The notes under the pieces were generated by a model. The model did no database searches. It saw only the letters and a list, made by a program, of their open reading frames with translations, and was not told where the DNA came from. DNA of 63,964 bases, the filler included, from an uncultured bacterium (GTDB taxonomy: Bacteria; DAOPZR01), in assembly GCA_964637655.1 (NCBI GenBank). It is 6 parts of 6 records of this genome, joined end to end, with 100 filler letters (N's around TTAATTAATTAA, not from the genome) between each part and the next. Parts side by side here need not be neighbours in the genome. Positions count along the whole stretch, not along the records: positions 1 to 11,303 come from CAZWUZ010000113.1; positions 11,404 to 22,679 come from CAZWUZ010000114.1; 4 more parts are not named here. The stretch is one strand, 5' to 3'. Within the stretch, counting starts at the first letter, position 1, and each line of letters begins with the position of its first letter. This document shows, in pieces, positions 1-12,341 of the stretch. A program made the position numbers and the translations under genes.

Positions 1-480
1 ATCCGCGCCGCGCTTACCGGTCACCTGGTCTTCAGCACGCTGCACACCAACGACGCCCCGTCGTCGGTCTCCCGCCTGATCGACATGGGCATCAACCCGT
101 TCCTCATCGCCTCGTCGGTGCAGGCGATCATGGCGCAGCGTCTCTGCCGCCGCATCTGCAACAACTGCAAGGAACCGTACCATCCCGGCGAGAAGGTGCT
201 GCGCGATGTCGACTTTCCCGAGGAGTTTGCGGCCAATGCGACCTTCATGCGCGGGGCGGGGTGCGCCAGCTGCAACTACACCGGCTACCGCGGGCGTACC
301 GGTATTTTCGAACTGCTGGTGATGAACGAGGAGATCAAGGACCTCATCCTCAAGGACTCGCCGGCCAACGTGCTCAAGGCGGCGGCAGTGCGCGGCGGCA
401 TGCGCACCCTGCGCCTCGACGGGTTCCGCAAGGTGTCGCTGGGCATGACCAGCATTGTGGAAGTGGTGCGCGTGGCGTAG
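1..480 (+). CDS. pilB: Type IV pilus assembly ATPase PilB/GspE, C-terminal part (5' truncated by window)
   Basis: Frame 1 reads [20 protein letters not shown]...[12 protein letters not shown]...[18 protein letters not shown], the His-box and tetracysteine motifs of PilB/GspE; lies upstream of pilT-pilC. Confidence 0.93.
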   Translation: MRAALTGHLVFSTLHTNDAPSSVSRLIDMGINPFLIASSVQAIMAQRLCRRICNNCKEPYHPGEKVLRDVDFPEEFAANATFMRGAGCASCNYTGYRGRTGIFELLVMNEEIKDLILKDSPANVLKAAAVRGGMRTLRLDGFRKVSLGMTSIVEVVRVA

Positions 481-512
481 CCGCGCGGGATTATTATTCA
501 GGAGACACAGGT

Positions 513-1574
513 ATGGCGTATCCGCTGACGATGCACGAACTGATGCAGATGACCCTCGATCGCGGGGCGTCGGACATCCACCTTCGCGTCAACCGCGCGC
601 CGGTGCTGCGCCTCGATGGCGGCCTGGTTGACGTCGACGCGCCGGTGCTCAAACCGGACGATACCGAGGAATTGATGAAGTCGATCACCCCGGACAGCCA
701 CCTGCCGATCATCGACGAAATCGGCGGCTCCGACTTCGCCTATGCCTACAAGGACCTCTGCCGCTTCCGCTGCAGCGTCTTCCGCGAGCGGCAGCGCTTC
801 GCGCTGGTCGCGCGCATCATTCCCGCGCGTATCTTCAGTTTCGAGGAACTCGGCCTGTCGCCCAAGATCAAGGACCTGCTCTGCCGCCCGCGCGGCCTGG
901 TACTCATCTGCGGACCGACCGGGTCGGGCAAGACCACCTCGCTGGCGGCAATGATCGACTGGATCAATATCGAGCACGAGCGCCACATCATTACCATCGA
1001 GGACCCGATCGAGTTCATGCACCCGCACAAGCAGGGCATCATGACGCAGCGTGAACTGGGGGTGGACACCCCGTCGTTCAAGATGGCGCTGCGTCACGCG
1101 CTGCGCCAGGACCCGGACGTCATCCTCGTCGGGGAGATGCGCGACCTCGAAACGATCGAGGCGGCCATCAGCGCGGCCGAGACGGGGCACCTGGTGTTCG
1201 GCACCCTGCACACCAACAGCGCGTCGGAGACGGTCGACCGCATCATCGACGTCTTCCCCACCAACCAGCAGGCGCAGATCCGCGCGCAGCTGGCGGCGGC
1301 GATGGAAGGCGTGGTCTGCCAGTCGCTCTGCCGCAAGGCGCGCGGCACGGGACGCGTGGCGGCCTTCGAGATCATGATCGCCACCGCGGGAATCAAGAAC
1401 ATGATCCGCGACGAGAAAACCTACAATATCCCGTCGGCTATTCAGACCGGCGCCCAACTGGGGATGCAGACGCTTGACCAGCACCTGCTGACCCTGTACC
1501 AGCGCGGGCTGATCTCGTACGAGACGGCGCTGGAAAAATCGCAGGATCGCGACGAACTGCAAAAGCAGATGTAA
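513..1574 (+). CDS. pilT: Type IV pilus retraction ATPase PilT
   Basis: [50 protein letters not shown] 513 follows AGGAG. Confidence 0.95.
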   Translation: MAYPLTMHELMQMTLDRGASDIHLRVNRAPVLRLDGGLVDVDAPVLKPDDTEELMKSITPDSHLPIIDEIGGSDFAYAYKDLCRFRCSVFRERQRFALVARIIPARIFSFEELGLSPKIKDLLCRPRGLVLICGPTGSGKTTSLAAMIDWINIEHERHIITIEDPIEFMHPHKQGIMTQRELGVDTPSFKMALRHALRQDPDVILVGEMRDLETIEAAISAAETGHLVFGTLHTNSASETVDRIIDVFPTNQQAQIRAQLAAAMEGVVCQSLCRKARGTGRVAAFEIMIATAGIKNMIRDEKTYNIPSAIQTGAQLGMQTLDQHLLTLYQRGLISYETALEKSQDRDELQKQM

Positions 1575-1586
1575 GGGAGGACGACC

Positions 1587-3002
1587 ATGCCGGTATTTGC
1601 CTACAAGGCCCTCGACGCGGGTGGCAAGGAAGTCAGTGGCAAGCTCGACGCGGCCAACGAAAAGGTCGCCAACCAGCGCCTGCGCGAGCAGGGGATGCGC
1701 CCGTTTGAGATGAAGTCGCTGGGCGACAAGGCGGCGGGCGGCGGCGGGTCCGCCCTGGGCGCCAAGAAGAAGGTCGGGCTGGCGGACATTGCCACCTTCA
1801 CCCGCCAGCTGGCCACCCTGCTCGACGCCGGCCTGCCGCTGCTGCGCGCGCTCAACATCCTCACGGACCAGACCGAGAACCCGGGGCTGAAGTACATCAT
1901 CGGCAGCATCTCCACCGACATTCAGGGGGGCGCCTCGTTCTCCGAGGCCCTGGGCAAACACCCGCGGACGTTCAGCAAGCTGTTCATCAACATGGTCAAG
2001 GCGGGCGAAATCGGCGGTGTGCTCGAAGTCGTGCTCGACCGCCTCGCCACCTTCTCGGAAAAGGACATGGAACTGCGCACCAAGATCAAGTCGGCGCTCA
2101 CCTACCCGGCGATCATGGGCCTGGTCGCCATCAGCGTCGTCACCTTCCTGCTGGTGTTCGTTATCCCGACCTTCGTCAAGATGTTCAACGACGTCGGCCT
2201 GTCGCTGCCGCTGCCGACGCGCATCGTCGTCGGCGCCTCTGATTTCATCATCGGCTACTGGTACATCATTCTCGTCGGCATCGGCGCCCTGGTCTGGGGC
2301 TACAAGCAGATGAACAAGACCGAGGCGGGACGCCTGAAGATCGACGCGGTCAAGCTCAAGGTGCCGGTGTTCGGCATCCTCAACCGCAACGTCGCGACGG
2401 CGCGCTTCACCCGCACGCTCGGCACGCTGATCGAGTCGGGCGTGCCCATCCTGCAGGCGCTCGATATCGTCAAGGACACCTCGGGCAACGAGGTGATCGC
2501 CGAGGCGATGAAGAAGGTCTCCGCCAGCATCACCGAGGGGGAAACCATTTCCAAACCGCTGCACGAGGCGCATGTCTTTCCCGCCATGGTTACGCACATG
2601 ATCGCGGTGGGCGAGGAGACCGGTGCCCTCGAAACGATGCTCAAGAAGATCGCCGACCAGTACGAGATGGTGGTCGACGAAACGGTGGCGGCACTGTCGT
2701 CGATGATCGAGCCGATCATGATCGTCTTCATGGGTTCGTCGGTCGGCCTCATCGTCACCGCGCTCTTTTTCCCGATGTTCGACCTGGTCGACGTCGTCGG
2801 CAAGGGCCCCGCGGCGGCGGCAGCCGGCAGGGAGGATGACGGAGGGCCGGTGAACGCTGGGGGGCGCTGGGGCGGGAGGCGTGGGGCGTGCCGCTGTTTG
2901 CCGCCCTCGGCTTCGGCAGTATCACGCTGCTGCTGCTGCTCGGTGACGTCGCCGCGCTGTCGCAGCCGCTGCTCATCGCCAGCGTTGTCGCCTGCGTCCT
3001 GA
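1587..3002 (+). CDS. pilC: Type IV pilus platform protein PilC (T2SS F family); true end may be about 2853, see findings
   Basis: FTRQLATLLDAGLPL, KIKSALTYP, MIAVGEETG, MIEPIMIVF; non-homologous Cys-rich tail overlaps the next gene. Confidence 0.92.
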   Translation: MPVFAYKALDAGGKEVSGKLDAANEKVANQRLREQGMRPFEMKSLGDKAAGGGGSALGAKKKVGLADIATFTRQLATLLDAGLPLLRALNILTDQTENPGLKYIIGSISTDIQGGASFSEALGKHPRTFSKLFINMVKAGEIGGVLEVVLDRLATFSEKDMELRTKIKSALTYPAIMGLVAISVVTFLLVFVIPTFVKMFNDVGLSLPLPTRIVVGASDFIIGYWYIILVGIGALVWGYKQMNKTEAGRLKIDAVKLKVPVFGILNRNVATARFTRTLGTLIESGVPILQALDIVKDTSGNEVIAEAMKKVSASITEGETISKPLHEAHVFPAMVTHMIAVGEETGALETMLKKIADQYEMVVDETVAALSSMIEPIMIVFMGSSVGLIVTALFFPMFDLVDVVGKGPAAAAAGREDDGGPVNAGGRWGGRRGACRCLPPSASAVSRCCCCSVTSPRCRSRCSSPALSPAS

Positions 3003-4924
3003 CGTTCTTCATCGACCCGTGGCTGCGCCGGGTGCTCCCGGTGCGCCGGGCCGGCCTGATGATGCTTGAGTTCTACATCTTTTTCGCGCATACCGCAGTC
3101 ATCTTCACCCTGCCGCGTTTTCTCGAGGACCCGCAGGCGGCCCTGCGTGATCCGCAGGCGGTCGGCGTGTTCCTGCTCTACCTGGTCCCGATTTTTTCCG
3201 CCGCCTTCACCTACGGCCTGCGCGGGGCCCTGCTGACCTGGGCGGGACTGTTCGCGTTGTGCGGCATTTCCCTGTGGGGCGGACTCGATCAGGTCCGGCA
3301 GCCGGAATGGCCGGACCTGCTGCTCGGGCTGCTGCCCGTGTTCACCGTGCTGCTGGTGCTGGCGATGATGGTCGGCCTGCAGAGCGCGCTCAAGTCGCGG
3401 GCCGAGCAGGAAATCACCGACCGGCTGGCGCGCATCACCACCCTGAACCGCATGCAGGAGCTGCTGCGCGATGCCATCTACTACGAGAATCTCTGGCAGC
3501 ATGTGCTGACCCTCGCCTCGTTCATCATTCCGAGCGGGGGCGGGGCGGTGCTCGCCGCCGACGGGAGCAGGCGCAGCGTCTTCGGTGACGCCCTGCCGCC
3601 GGTGGCGGCACTGCTGCTGCCCGACGGGCGGCAGCTGACCGCGCTGACCGCTGATGCCGTGCACGTGCTTGCCCCGCCGCGGGGACAGCGGCGCGCCTGG
3701 CGTGGCGTGCGCTCGCTGCTGGCGGCCCCGCTGCGCGAACAGGGCCAGGTGACAGCGCTGCTGGTGCTGGTCAACCCGCAGTCGCGGCGGCAGTACGGGC
3801 CGGCGGAACGCGACCTGCTGGCGGTGGTGGTCAACCAGGTGCAGGTGGCGCTGGAGAACGCGCGGCTGTTTCGCACCGCGGCGCTCGATGCGCAGCGCCT
3901 GCAGTTCATCCTGCGCAGTATCAGCAGCGGGGTGCTCTCCTGCGACCTGCAGGGGCGGATTACCGAGGCGAATGAGGCGGCGCTGACCCTGCTCAATTAC
4001 CGGCGGGAGGAACTGGTCGGCAGGGTGCTGCAGCAGGATGTCTTCCTGTTCCGCGGCGAGCCGCTGCTGCTCGAGGCGCTGCGCCAGGGGTATGCGGCGA
4101 ACAGCACGGAAACGGTGCTGGCCACCAAGGACCATCGTGACCTCGATGCGGGCATGTCGACCTGGCAGCTGCGCGACGATGCGGACACGGTGATCGGCGC
4201 CATCGCGGTATTCAAGGATCTCGGTGAACTCAAGCGCATGCAGCGGGAACTGGCGACGCGCGAGAAACTTGCGGCGGTCGGCTCGCTGGCCGCGGGGATG
4301 GCGCATGAACTGCGCAACCCGCTCGGCGGCGTCGAGGGGTTTGCCTCCCTGCTGCGCCGCGAACTGCAGGACCGCCCCGCCGTTCGCGCCCTCGCCGACA
4401 AGATCATGGCCGGGGTGGGCGAGGTCAACCGTGTGCTCGAACAGTTTCTCGCCCTGACCGAGGAGCGGCGACTGCAGTACGCGGCGGTGGCACTGGCTGA
4501 CTTCTGCCGGCAGCTGACCGCCTCGCTTGACGGCGAGGCGCGCGCGCGGGGGGTCGGCTGGGACCTGGCGGGGATCGATCCCGGGCTCACGCTCAAGGCC
4601 GACCCGCTGGTGCTGCGCCAGGTGCTGCAGGTGCTGCTGCGCAATGCGCTCGAAGCGAGCGCCACGGGGGGGACGGTGGCGGTGCGTGCGCAGTTCGCGC
4701 CGGGACAGGGACGGGCGGTACTCAGCGTGCTTGACCACGGGGTGGGCATCCCGCCGGAACTGCGCGACCGGATCTTCCAGCCGTTCTTCACCACCAAGGA
4801 GACGGGGACGGGACTGGGACTGGCGGTGGCGCAGCGGCACGTGGCGGCGCTGGGCGGCGACCTCACGGTGGACAGCGAACCGGGCCGCGGGAGCGTGTTC
4901 ACCGTCTCGCTGCCGGTGGCGTAG
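2888..4924 (+). CDS. Membrane sensor histidine kinase (TM, GAF, PAS, HisKA, HATPase), PilS-like
   Basis: EKLAAVGSLAAGMAHELRNPL H-box, DHGVGI, FQPFFTTKETGTGLGL; N-terminal TM helices. Confidence 0.9.
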   Translation: MPLFAALGFGSITLLLLLGDVAALSQPLLIASVVACVLTFFIDPWLRRVLPVRRAGLMMLEFYIFFAHTAVIFTLPRFLEDPQAALRDPQAVGVFLLYLVPIFSAAFTYGLRGALLTWAGLFALCGISLWGGLDQVRQPEWPDLLLGLLPVFTVLLVLAMMVGLQSALKSRAEQEITDRLARITTLNRMQELLRDAIYYENLWQHVLTLASFIIPSGGGAVLAADGSRRSVFGDALPPVAALLLPDGRQLTALTADAVHVLAPPRGQRRAWRGVRSLLAAPLREQGQVTALLVLVNPQSRRQYGPAERDLLAVVVNQVQVALENARLFRTAALDAQRLQFILRSISSGVLSCDLQGRITEANEAALTLLNYRREELVGRVLQQDVFLFRGEPLLLEALRQGYAANSTETVLATKDHRDLDAGMSTWQLRDDADTVIGAIAVFKDLGELKRMQRELATREKLAAVGSLAAGMAHELRNPLGGVEGFASLLRRELQDRPAVRALADKIMAGVGEVNRVLEQFLALTEERRLQYAAVALADFCRQLTASLDGEARARGVGWDLAGIDPGLTLKADPLVLRQVLQVLLRNALEASATGGTVAVRAQFAPGQGRAVLSVLDHGVGIPPELRDRIFQPFFTTKETGTGLGLAVAQRHVAALGGDLTVDSEPGRGSVFTVSLPVA

Positions 4925-4932
4925 GGGACGGC

Positions 4933-6296
<1,364 letters not shown>

Positions 6297-6300
<4 letters not shown>

Positions 6301-7907
6301 TCACGCCGCCGCGCTACCTGACCGGGTTCGCCCTCGCCCGCCTGCCGCACCTCGATACCGACACCGTGGTGCTCGGCACCGGCGTGGCGGGCATGCAGGC
6401 CGCGCGGGCCGCCGCTGCCGCGGGCAACGACGTGCTGCTCATCTGCAAGCAGGCGTGGGATGATTCCGACACCGCGCTGGCGCAGGGGGGGATTGCGGTG
6501 GTGCTCGACGCGGCCGATTCGGTCGAGGCCCATGTCGAGGACACCCTCGCTGCGGGGGCGGGCCTGTGCGACCGTGCCCGCGTCGAACTGATGGTGCGCG
6601 AGGGGATTGACCGGACGCGCGACCTGGTGGCGGAAGGGCTGCGCCTCGACACCGGGGCGGACGGCGAACTGCATCACGCGCGCGAAGGGGCGCATCGCCT
6701 CGGGCGGGTGGTGCATATCGGCGGCGATGCCACGGGGCGCGGCCTGGCGGCGTTCCTGCATGCCCGGGTGCAGCAGCAGCCGCGCATCCGCCTGCTCGAA
6801 CATGTCTGTGCGGTCGACCTGCTGACCGCCGACGGGTTCTGCCGCGGCGTGCTGGTGCTCGATATCCGTTCGGGCAACCTGCTGGCGGTGCGCGCGGCGG
6901 CGACAGTCATCGCCACCGGCGGCGTGCAGCGTCTCTACCGCGAATCGACGGCGGTCGAGGGGATTACCGGCGACGGGGTGGCTATGGCCTACCGGGCGGG
7001 CGCGACCGTGCAGGACATGGAATTCATGCAGTTCCATCCGACCGCGCTCTACGTGGCGGGCGCGCCCCGCTTTCTGCTCTCCGAGGCGCTGCGCGGCGAA
7101 GGGGGCATCCTGCGCAACCGCGCCGGTGCGGCCTTCATGGCGCGCTACGACGCGCGCGCGGAACTGGCCCCGCGCGACATCGTCACGCGGGCAATTATCG
7201 ACGAGATGGCCGCGCGCGGCGATACCAACGTGCTGCTCGATGTCACCGCGCTCGGGCGTCCGACCCTGTGGGCCCGTTTTCCCACCATCGCCCGCCAGTG
7301 CCAGTTGTACGGCATCGACATCGCCCAGCAGCCCATTCCCGTGCGGCCGGCCGCCCATTATTTCATGGGCGGCATCGTTACCGACGAGTTCGGGCGTACC
7401 CAACTGCCCGGCCTGCTCGCCTGCGGTGAAGCGGCCAGCACCGGGGTGCATGGCGCCAACCGCCTCGCCAGCAATTCATTGCTGGAAGGGCTGGTCTACG
7501 GCTGGCGGGCGGGCATGGCGGCGGGGGAATATGCGCGACAGGCGCAGCTGCCGCCCTGGCCGCGCTTCGACGCACCGACGGCTGCCGCGGGCGGGCGGGC
7601 GCTCAACCTGGCGGATATGCGCAACGCCCTGCAATCACTGCTCTGGCGCAAGGCGGGTATTTTCCGCGACGGGGCGGCACTGGCGGAAGCGGAGGACATG
7701 ATCGGGTTCTGGTCGGAATATGTTTTCCCCGAACCGCTGACGGGGCGTGACGGGTTCGAACTCAAGAATGCGCTGACCGTCGCGGCGCTGATCGTGCATG
7801 CCGCACGCGCGCGCACGGAAAGCCGCGGGGCGCATTTCCGCCGTGACTGTCCCCCGCCGGCCGACCCGGCCTGGGCCCGCCACCTCACCTGGCGCCGCGC
7901 GGAGTGA
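6297..7907 (+). CDS. nadB: L-aspartate oxidase
   Basis: AQGGIA, MEFMQFHPT, LLSEALRGEG, ELAPRDIV, AAHYFMGGI, GVHGANRLASNSLLEG, ESRGAHFR; ATGA overlap with the upstream gene. Confidence 0.92.
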
Positions 7908-8243
7908 TCAGCCGGGCAGCGCCAGCCGCTGCCCGGGCGTGAGTCCGGCCGCCACGCCCGCGGCCAGTTCCAGTACCTGCACCGTATCGCGCGGGGCGCG
8001 CGCCAGCCGCCAGGGGGGGAGCGTGCGCACGGCGAGTACCGTGCCGTCCGCCGCGCAGAAGACCGCATCGATGACGAAGGCCATGCCGCAGGTGTGGATG
8101 GCGGTGCAGGGGCGCAGCAGCAGCCCCGCGTCCGCCGGCAGCCGGTCGCGGCCGAGCAGGCCGACGAGGCGCGCACCCCAGGTCACCGCCGGCGTCACCT
8201 GCACGTGGCGGCCGTCCGGCAGGCGCAGCGGGAACGGCGGCAC
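7908..8243 (-). CDS. DUF192 family protein
   Basis: RLVGLLGR...GLLLRPCTAIHTCGMAFVIDAVF...VLELAAG; commonly found beside Tad loci. Confidence 0.8.
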   Translation of the reverse strand: MPPFPLRLPDGRHVQVTPAVTWGARLVGLLGRDRLPADAGLLLRPCTAIHTCGMAFVIDAVFCAADGTVLAVRTLPPWRLARAPRDTVQVLELAAGVAAGLTPGQRLALPG

Positions 8244-8245
8244 GG

Positions 8246-9265
8246 TCAGCGCGCGGGGGCGGCAGGGGCGGCGGGACGCGCGGCGTTGGCACTGCTCATG
8301 TTCTTGCCGATATTCGCCTTTTCATACTGCACCTTGATGACGATGGGCCCGAGCACGACGATGAAGATCGTCGGGAAGATGAAGAGCACCATCGGGAAAA
8401 GCATCTTGATCGGCGCTTTCATCGCCGCTTCTTCGATCCGCTGCCGCCGCTTGATGCGCATCTGCTCCGACTGGATGCGCAGCACCATCCCGATGCTCGT
8501 CCCCAGCTGGTCGGCCTGGATGACCGCCGAGATGAAGCTGTCGAGGTCATCGTTGCGGATGCGCCTGGTGATGTTGCGCAGCGCCTGCTGGCGCGGGAAA
8601 CCCAGCCGCATCTCCTCGAGGGCGCGCCCGAACTCGTCAGCCAGCGCCCCCTTGGTCTTTTCCACCACCTTGCCCATCGCCATATCGAAGCCCAGCCCCG
8701 CCTCGACCGAGACGACCAGCAGGTCGATGGCGTCGGGGAGCGTCTTCTGGATCTGCTTGACCCGCGTGGTGATGCGCTTCTTCAGCCAGAACTGCGGGAT
8801 GATGAAGGAGAACCCGCCCGCGACCGCCATGCCGCCCAGCGCGATCCCCATGATCATCTGCTTGTTGTCCGCGACCACGACGCCGATCAGGCCGAGCACG
8901 ACCACCGCGGTCATCGACACGGCGGCGCAGAGGAACTGTACCGCGCGGAACTCGCCCGGCCCGAGGTCGCCCGGGTTCCCCGCCGCGATCAGCATCTCCT
9001 GCAGTTTTTCCGCGCCGCTCGTCTTGTCCTGCTGGGTGAACTTCTTGGCGATGCGGTTGATCACCGGTTCGATGACGCGCTGGTAGAAACTCCCCTCGAG
9101 TTCATCCTGCAGCGACAGCGCGTCCCGCTTTTCGTGCGCTTTGGGCCCGGCAATCTCGCGCAGGCGGCGGTAGGTCGGGCTCTGTTTCTCGCGCAGCACG
9201 TAGAGCGCCACCGCGCCCACGGCCATGAGCGCGATGACCACCCCGAGGATGCCGTACACCCCCAT
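8246..9265 (-). CDS. tadC: Tad pilus inner-membrane protein TadC
   Basis: LPDAIDLLVVSVEAGLGFD, QADQLGTSIG, EEAAMKAPIKMLFPMVLFIFP. Confidence 0.9.
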   Translation of the reverse strand: MGVYGILGVVIALMAVGAVALYVLREKQSPTYRRLREIAGPKAHEKRDALSLQDELEGSFYQRVIEPVINRIAKKFTQQDKTSGAEKLQEMLIAAGNPGDLGPGEFRAVQFLCAAVSMTAVVVLGLIGVVVADNKQMIMGIALGGMAVAGGFSFIIPQFWLKKRITTRVKQIQKTLPDAIDLLVVSVEAGLGFDMAMGKVVEKTKGALADEFGRALEEMRLGFPRQQALRNITRRIRNDDLDSFISAVIQADQLGTSIGMVLRIQSEQMRIKRRQRIEEAAMKAPIKMLFPMVLFIFPTIFIVVLGPIVIKVQYEKANIGKNMSSANAARPAAPAAPAR

Positions 9266-9266
9266 G

Positions 9267-10364
9267 CTACATCTCGATCTCGATGACTTTTTTGATGGCA
9301 AACGCGCCCAGCGACTGCATGAATACCCCGATGCCGATCATGATCCGCCCGAGGAAACTGTCGACGAACAACGACATCATCTCCGTCTGCAGGATGGCGA
9401 AAACGATGCCCAGCGCGATGGGGAGCAGCGCGATGACGATGCCCCCCAGCCGCCCCTGCGCGGTCAGCGTCTTGATCTGCCCCTTGAGGCGGATGCGCTC
9501 GCGGATGGTGAAGGCGATGCTGTCGAGGATCTCCGACAGGTTGCCGCCGATCTGCCGCTGGATGAGCACCGCGGTGATGCACAGGTCGAGGTCGTCGCTC
9601 TCCACCCGCCGGATCAACCCCTCGAGCGCCTCCTCGAGGGTCAGCCCGAGCGCGTTCTCGCGCACCACGCGCGCGAATTCCTCGCCCAGCGGGTCGGGCG
9701 ACTCCTCCGCCAGCAGCTGCACCGCCTGCATGAACCCGTAGCCCGCCTTGAGCGAGTTCGACATCAGCGTCAGCCCGTCCACCAGCTGGTCGTTGAACAG
9801 TTTGACCCGCGAACTCTTCTTGAACAGGAGGAAGAAGTGCGGCAGGAAGAAGCTGATGATGAACCCGATTGGCATGACCAGGAAACTGCGGCTGATGATG
9901 AAAAACAGTCCGCCGCCGATGAGCGTGACGAAAATGTTGATGACGATGAACTCCTGCGGCTTGATGCGCAGCCCCGCCTGCAGCAGGCGCACCGCCAGCT
10001 TCTCGCGGTAGGCCTGCAGGAAATCGAGGCGGTTGATCTGTTCCCCCGCCGCCTTGATCAGCTTGAACGAGTCCTTGGCCCGCTCCTCGGCGTCACGCAC
10101 CTCCTTGATGAACTCGCGGTCGATGTAGGGGCGGAGTTTGTCGCCGACCGTGCTCGCGGTCGTGCTCTTGCCCCGCTTGATGCGCACCAGCAGGAAGACG
10201 ATGGCCCCGACGAGGATAAGCACCAGCGCGATACCGCCGAAGAGCAGCACCTTGAAGGTGACGGGGCCGCCGGCGGCCGGGGTGTCGGTGGCCGCGGCGG
10301 GAGCGGCGGCCATGGCCGCCGCGGGGAGCAGCAGGAGGCACAACAGCAGGAGGACGCGGTTCAT
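9267..10364 (-). CDS. tadB: Tad pilus inner-membrane protein TadB
   Basis: QLVDGLTLMSNSLKAGYGF, IQRQIGGNLSEILD, IRERIRLKGQIKTLTAQGR. Confidence 0.9.
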   Translation of the reverse strand: MNRVLLLLCLLLLPAAAMAAAPAAATDTPAAGGPVTFKVLLFGGIALVLILVGAIVFLLVRIKRGKSTTASTVGDKLRPYIDREFIKEVRDAEERAKDSFKLIKAAGEQINRLDFLQAYREKLAVRLLQAGLRIKPQEFIVINIFVTLIGGGLFFIISRSFLVMPIGFIISFFLPHFFLLFKKSSRVKLFNDQLVDGLTLMSNSLKAGYGFMQAVQLLAEESPDPLGEEFARVVRENALGLTLEEALEGLIRRVESDDLDLCITAVLIQRQIGGNLSEILDSIAFTIRERIRLKGQIKTLTAQGRLGGIVIALLPIALGIVFAILQTEMMSLFVDSFLGRIMIGIGVFMQSLGAFAIKKVIEIEM

Positions 10365-11303
10365 CAGCCGCGCTTGCGGATGAAGATGTCCGTCGAGATC
10401 TCGATGCCCTCTTCCTCGAATTTGGGCCAGAACTTCGGGCGGATGCCGGTCGGGACCATCTCCCCGACGATTTTGCCGGTCTTCGGGTCGAGCCCGTGCT
10501 GCTCGAAAACGAAAATGTCCTGCAGCACGACGACGTCACCCTCCATCCCCTGCACCTCGGTAACGTAGGTGACCTTGCGCGTGCCGTCCTGCAGGCGCGA
10601 CTGCTGCACGATAACGTGCACCGCCGAAGCAAGCTGCTCGCGGATGGCGCGCTGCGGCAGGTCCATCCCCGACATCATGCACATCGTCTCAATGCGCGAG
10701 CAGGCGTCGCGCGGGGTGTTGGCGTGCAGCGTGGTCAGCGAACCGTCATGACCGGTGTTCATCGCCTGCAGCATGTCCAGCGCCTCGCCGCCGCGGCACT
10801 CACCGACGATGACCCGGTCGGGACGCATGCGCAGGGTGTTCTTGATCAGGTCGCGCATCGTCACCGCGCCCTTCCCCTCGATGTTGGCCGCGCGGGTCTC
10901 CAGGCGGATCCAGTGCGGCTGCCGCAGCTGGATTTCCGCCGCGTCCTCCACCGTGCAGATGCGCTCGTCCTCCGGGATGAAGGAGGAGAGGACGTTGAGC
11001 AGCGTGGTTTTGCCCGAGCCGGTGCCCCCCGAGACGACGACGTTGAGGCGCCCCTTGACGCAGGCCCCGAGAAACTCCGCCATCTTCTCGGTCATTGAAC
11101 CGAAGCGCACGAGGTCGGAGACCTGCAGCGGGTTCTTGGAAAACTTGCGGATGGTGATGGTCGGGCCGTTCAGCGCCAGCGGCGGAATGATGGCATTGAC
11201 GCGCGAGCCGTCCTTGAGCCGCGCGTCAACGTAGGGCATCGATTCGTCGATGCGCCGGCCGAGCGGGCTGACGATCTTCTCGATGATGTGCAGGCAGTGC
11301 TCG
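10364..11303 (-). CDS. cpaF: Tad ATPase TadA/CpaF (5' truncated at contig end)
   Basis: [58 protein letters not shown]. Confidence 0.95.
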
Positions 11304-11403
11304 NNNNNNNNNNNNNNNNNNNNNNNNNNNNNNNNNNNNNNNNNNNNTTAATTAATTAANNNNNNNNNNNNNNNNNNNNNNNNNNNNNNNNNNNNNNNNN
11401 NNN
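11304..11403. other. Artificial contig linker
   Basis: 100 nt of N with central TTAATTAATTAA (stops in all six frames). Confidence 0.98.
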
Positions 11404-11404
11404 C

Positions 11405-12273
11405 AACGAGGGGCTGGGCAAGGTGCTGCGCATGGGGGCCTACGGCAAGGAGGTTATCACCCGCCTGCGCTGGATGGAAAAGGTGCTCGGGCCCGCGCTG
11501 CGCGAGGCGGTGCAACTCGCCGGCGGCATCAAGCTCAAGCCGCTGATGGCGCAGGCGCTGCAGATGGGTGACGAGTGCCATAACCGCAACGTGGCGGCAA
11601 CGTCGCTTTTCCTGCGCGAACTGACGCCGCACCTGCTGGGAACGAAGGCGAGCAAGCGCACCATCCACAAGGTGTTCGCGTTCATCACCGGCAACAACCA
11701 TTTCTTCCTCAACATCGCGAGGGCGGCGGGCAAGCAACGGTGGCGCCGGCGGCGGACATCCCCTATTGCACGCTGATGCAGTTCATGGCGCGCAACGGTT
11801 ATGAGATCGGCATGCAGCTGGTCGCGCTCCCCGGGCAGTGGTTCACCGCGCCGGCGGGGAACCCGAAGGGACTCTATTTCCCGGGGTTCACGGAAAAGGA
11901 CGCCAATCCCGACATCGGTGATTCGACCATCACCGAGGCGGCGGCGCTCGGGGCGTTCGCCATGGCGGCGGCGCCCGCCATCGTCAAGTTTGTCGGCGGC
12001 GTGCCGGCGGACGCGCTGCGCTACACGCGTGAGATGTACGAGATCACCCACACGCGCCACCGCGATTTTCAGATCCCGCAGCTCAACTTCGCGGGGACGC
12101 CGTGCGCGGTGGACATCGTCAAGGTGCTGCAGACGGGGATCACCCCGGTGATCAATACCGGCATCGCGGGGAGGAAGCCGGGCGTCGGTCAGGTCGGCGC
12201 GGGGCTGCTCTACGCGCCGCCGGCGATGTTCCGCGCCGCGCTCGAGGCGTTCGCGGCGAAATACGCGCAGTAA
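11405..12273 (+). CDS. DUF1116 family protein (YlbE/AllG- or YahG-like carbamoyltransferase subunit), 5' truncated, with an apparent frameshift near 11734
   Basis: NEGLGKVLRMGAYG, ALQMGDECHNRN, HFFLN in one frame; MARNG, DANPDIGDSTITE, PVINTGIA..PGVGQVGAG in the next frame. Confidence 0.85.
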
Positions 12274-12341
12274 ATCATGCGCGCGGTGCGCGCGGCAGAA
12301 CCCATCACGCCCCGCTACGGCGGGCAACGGAGGACGTGACA

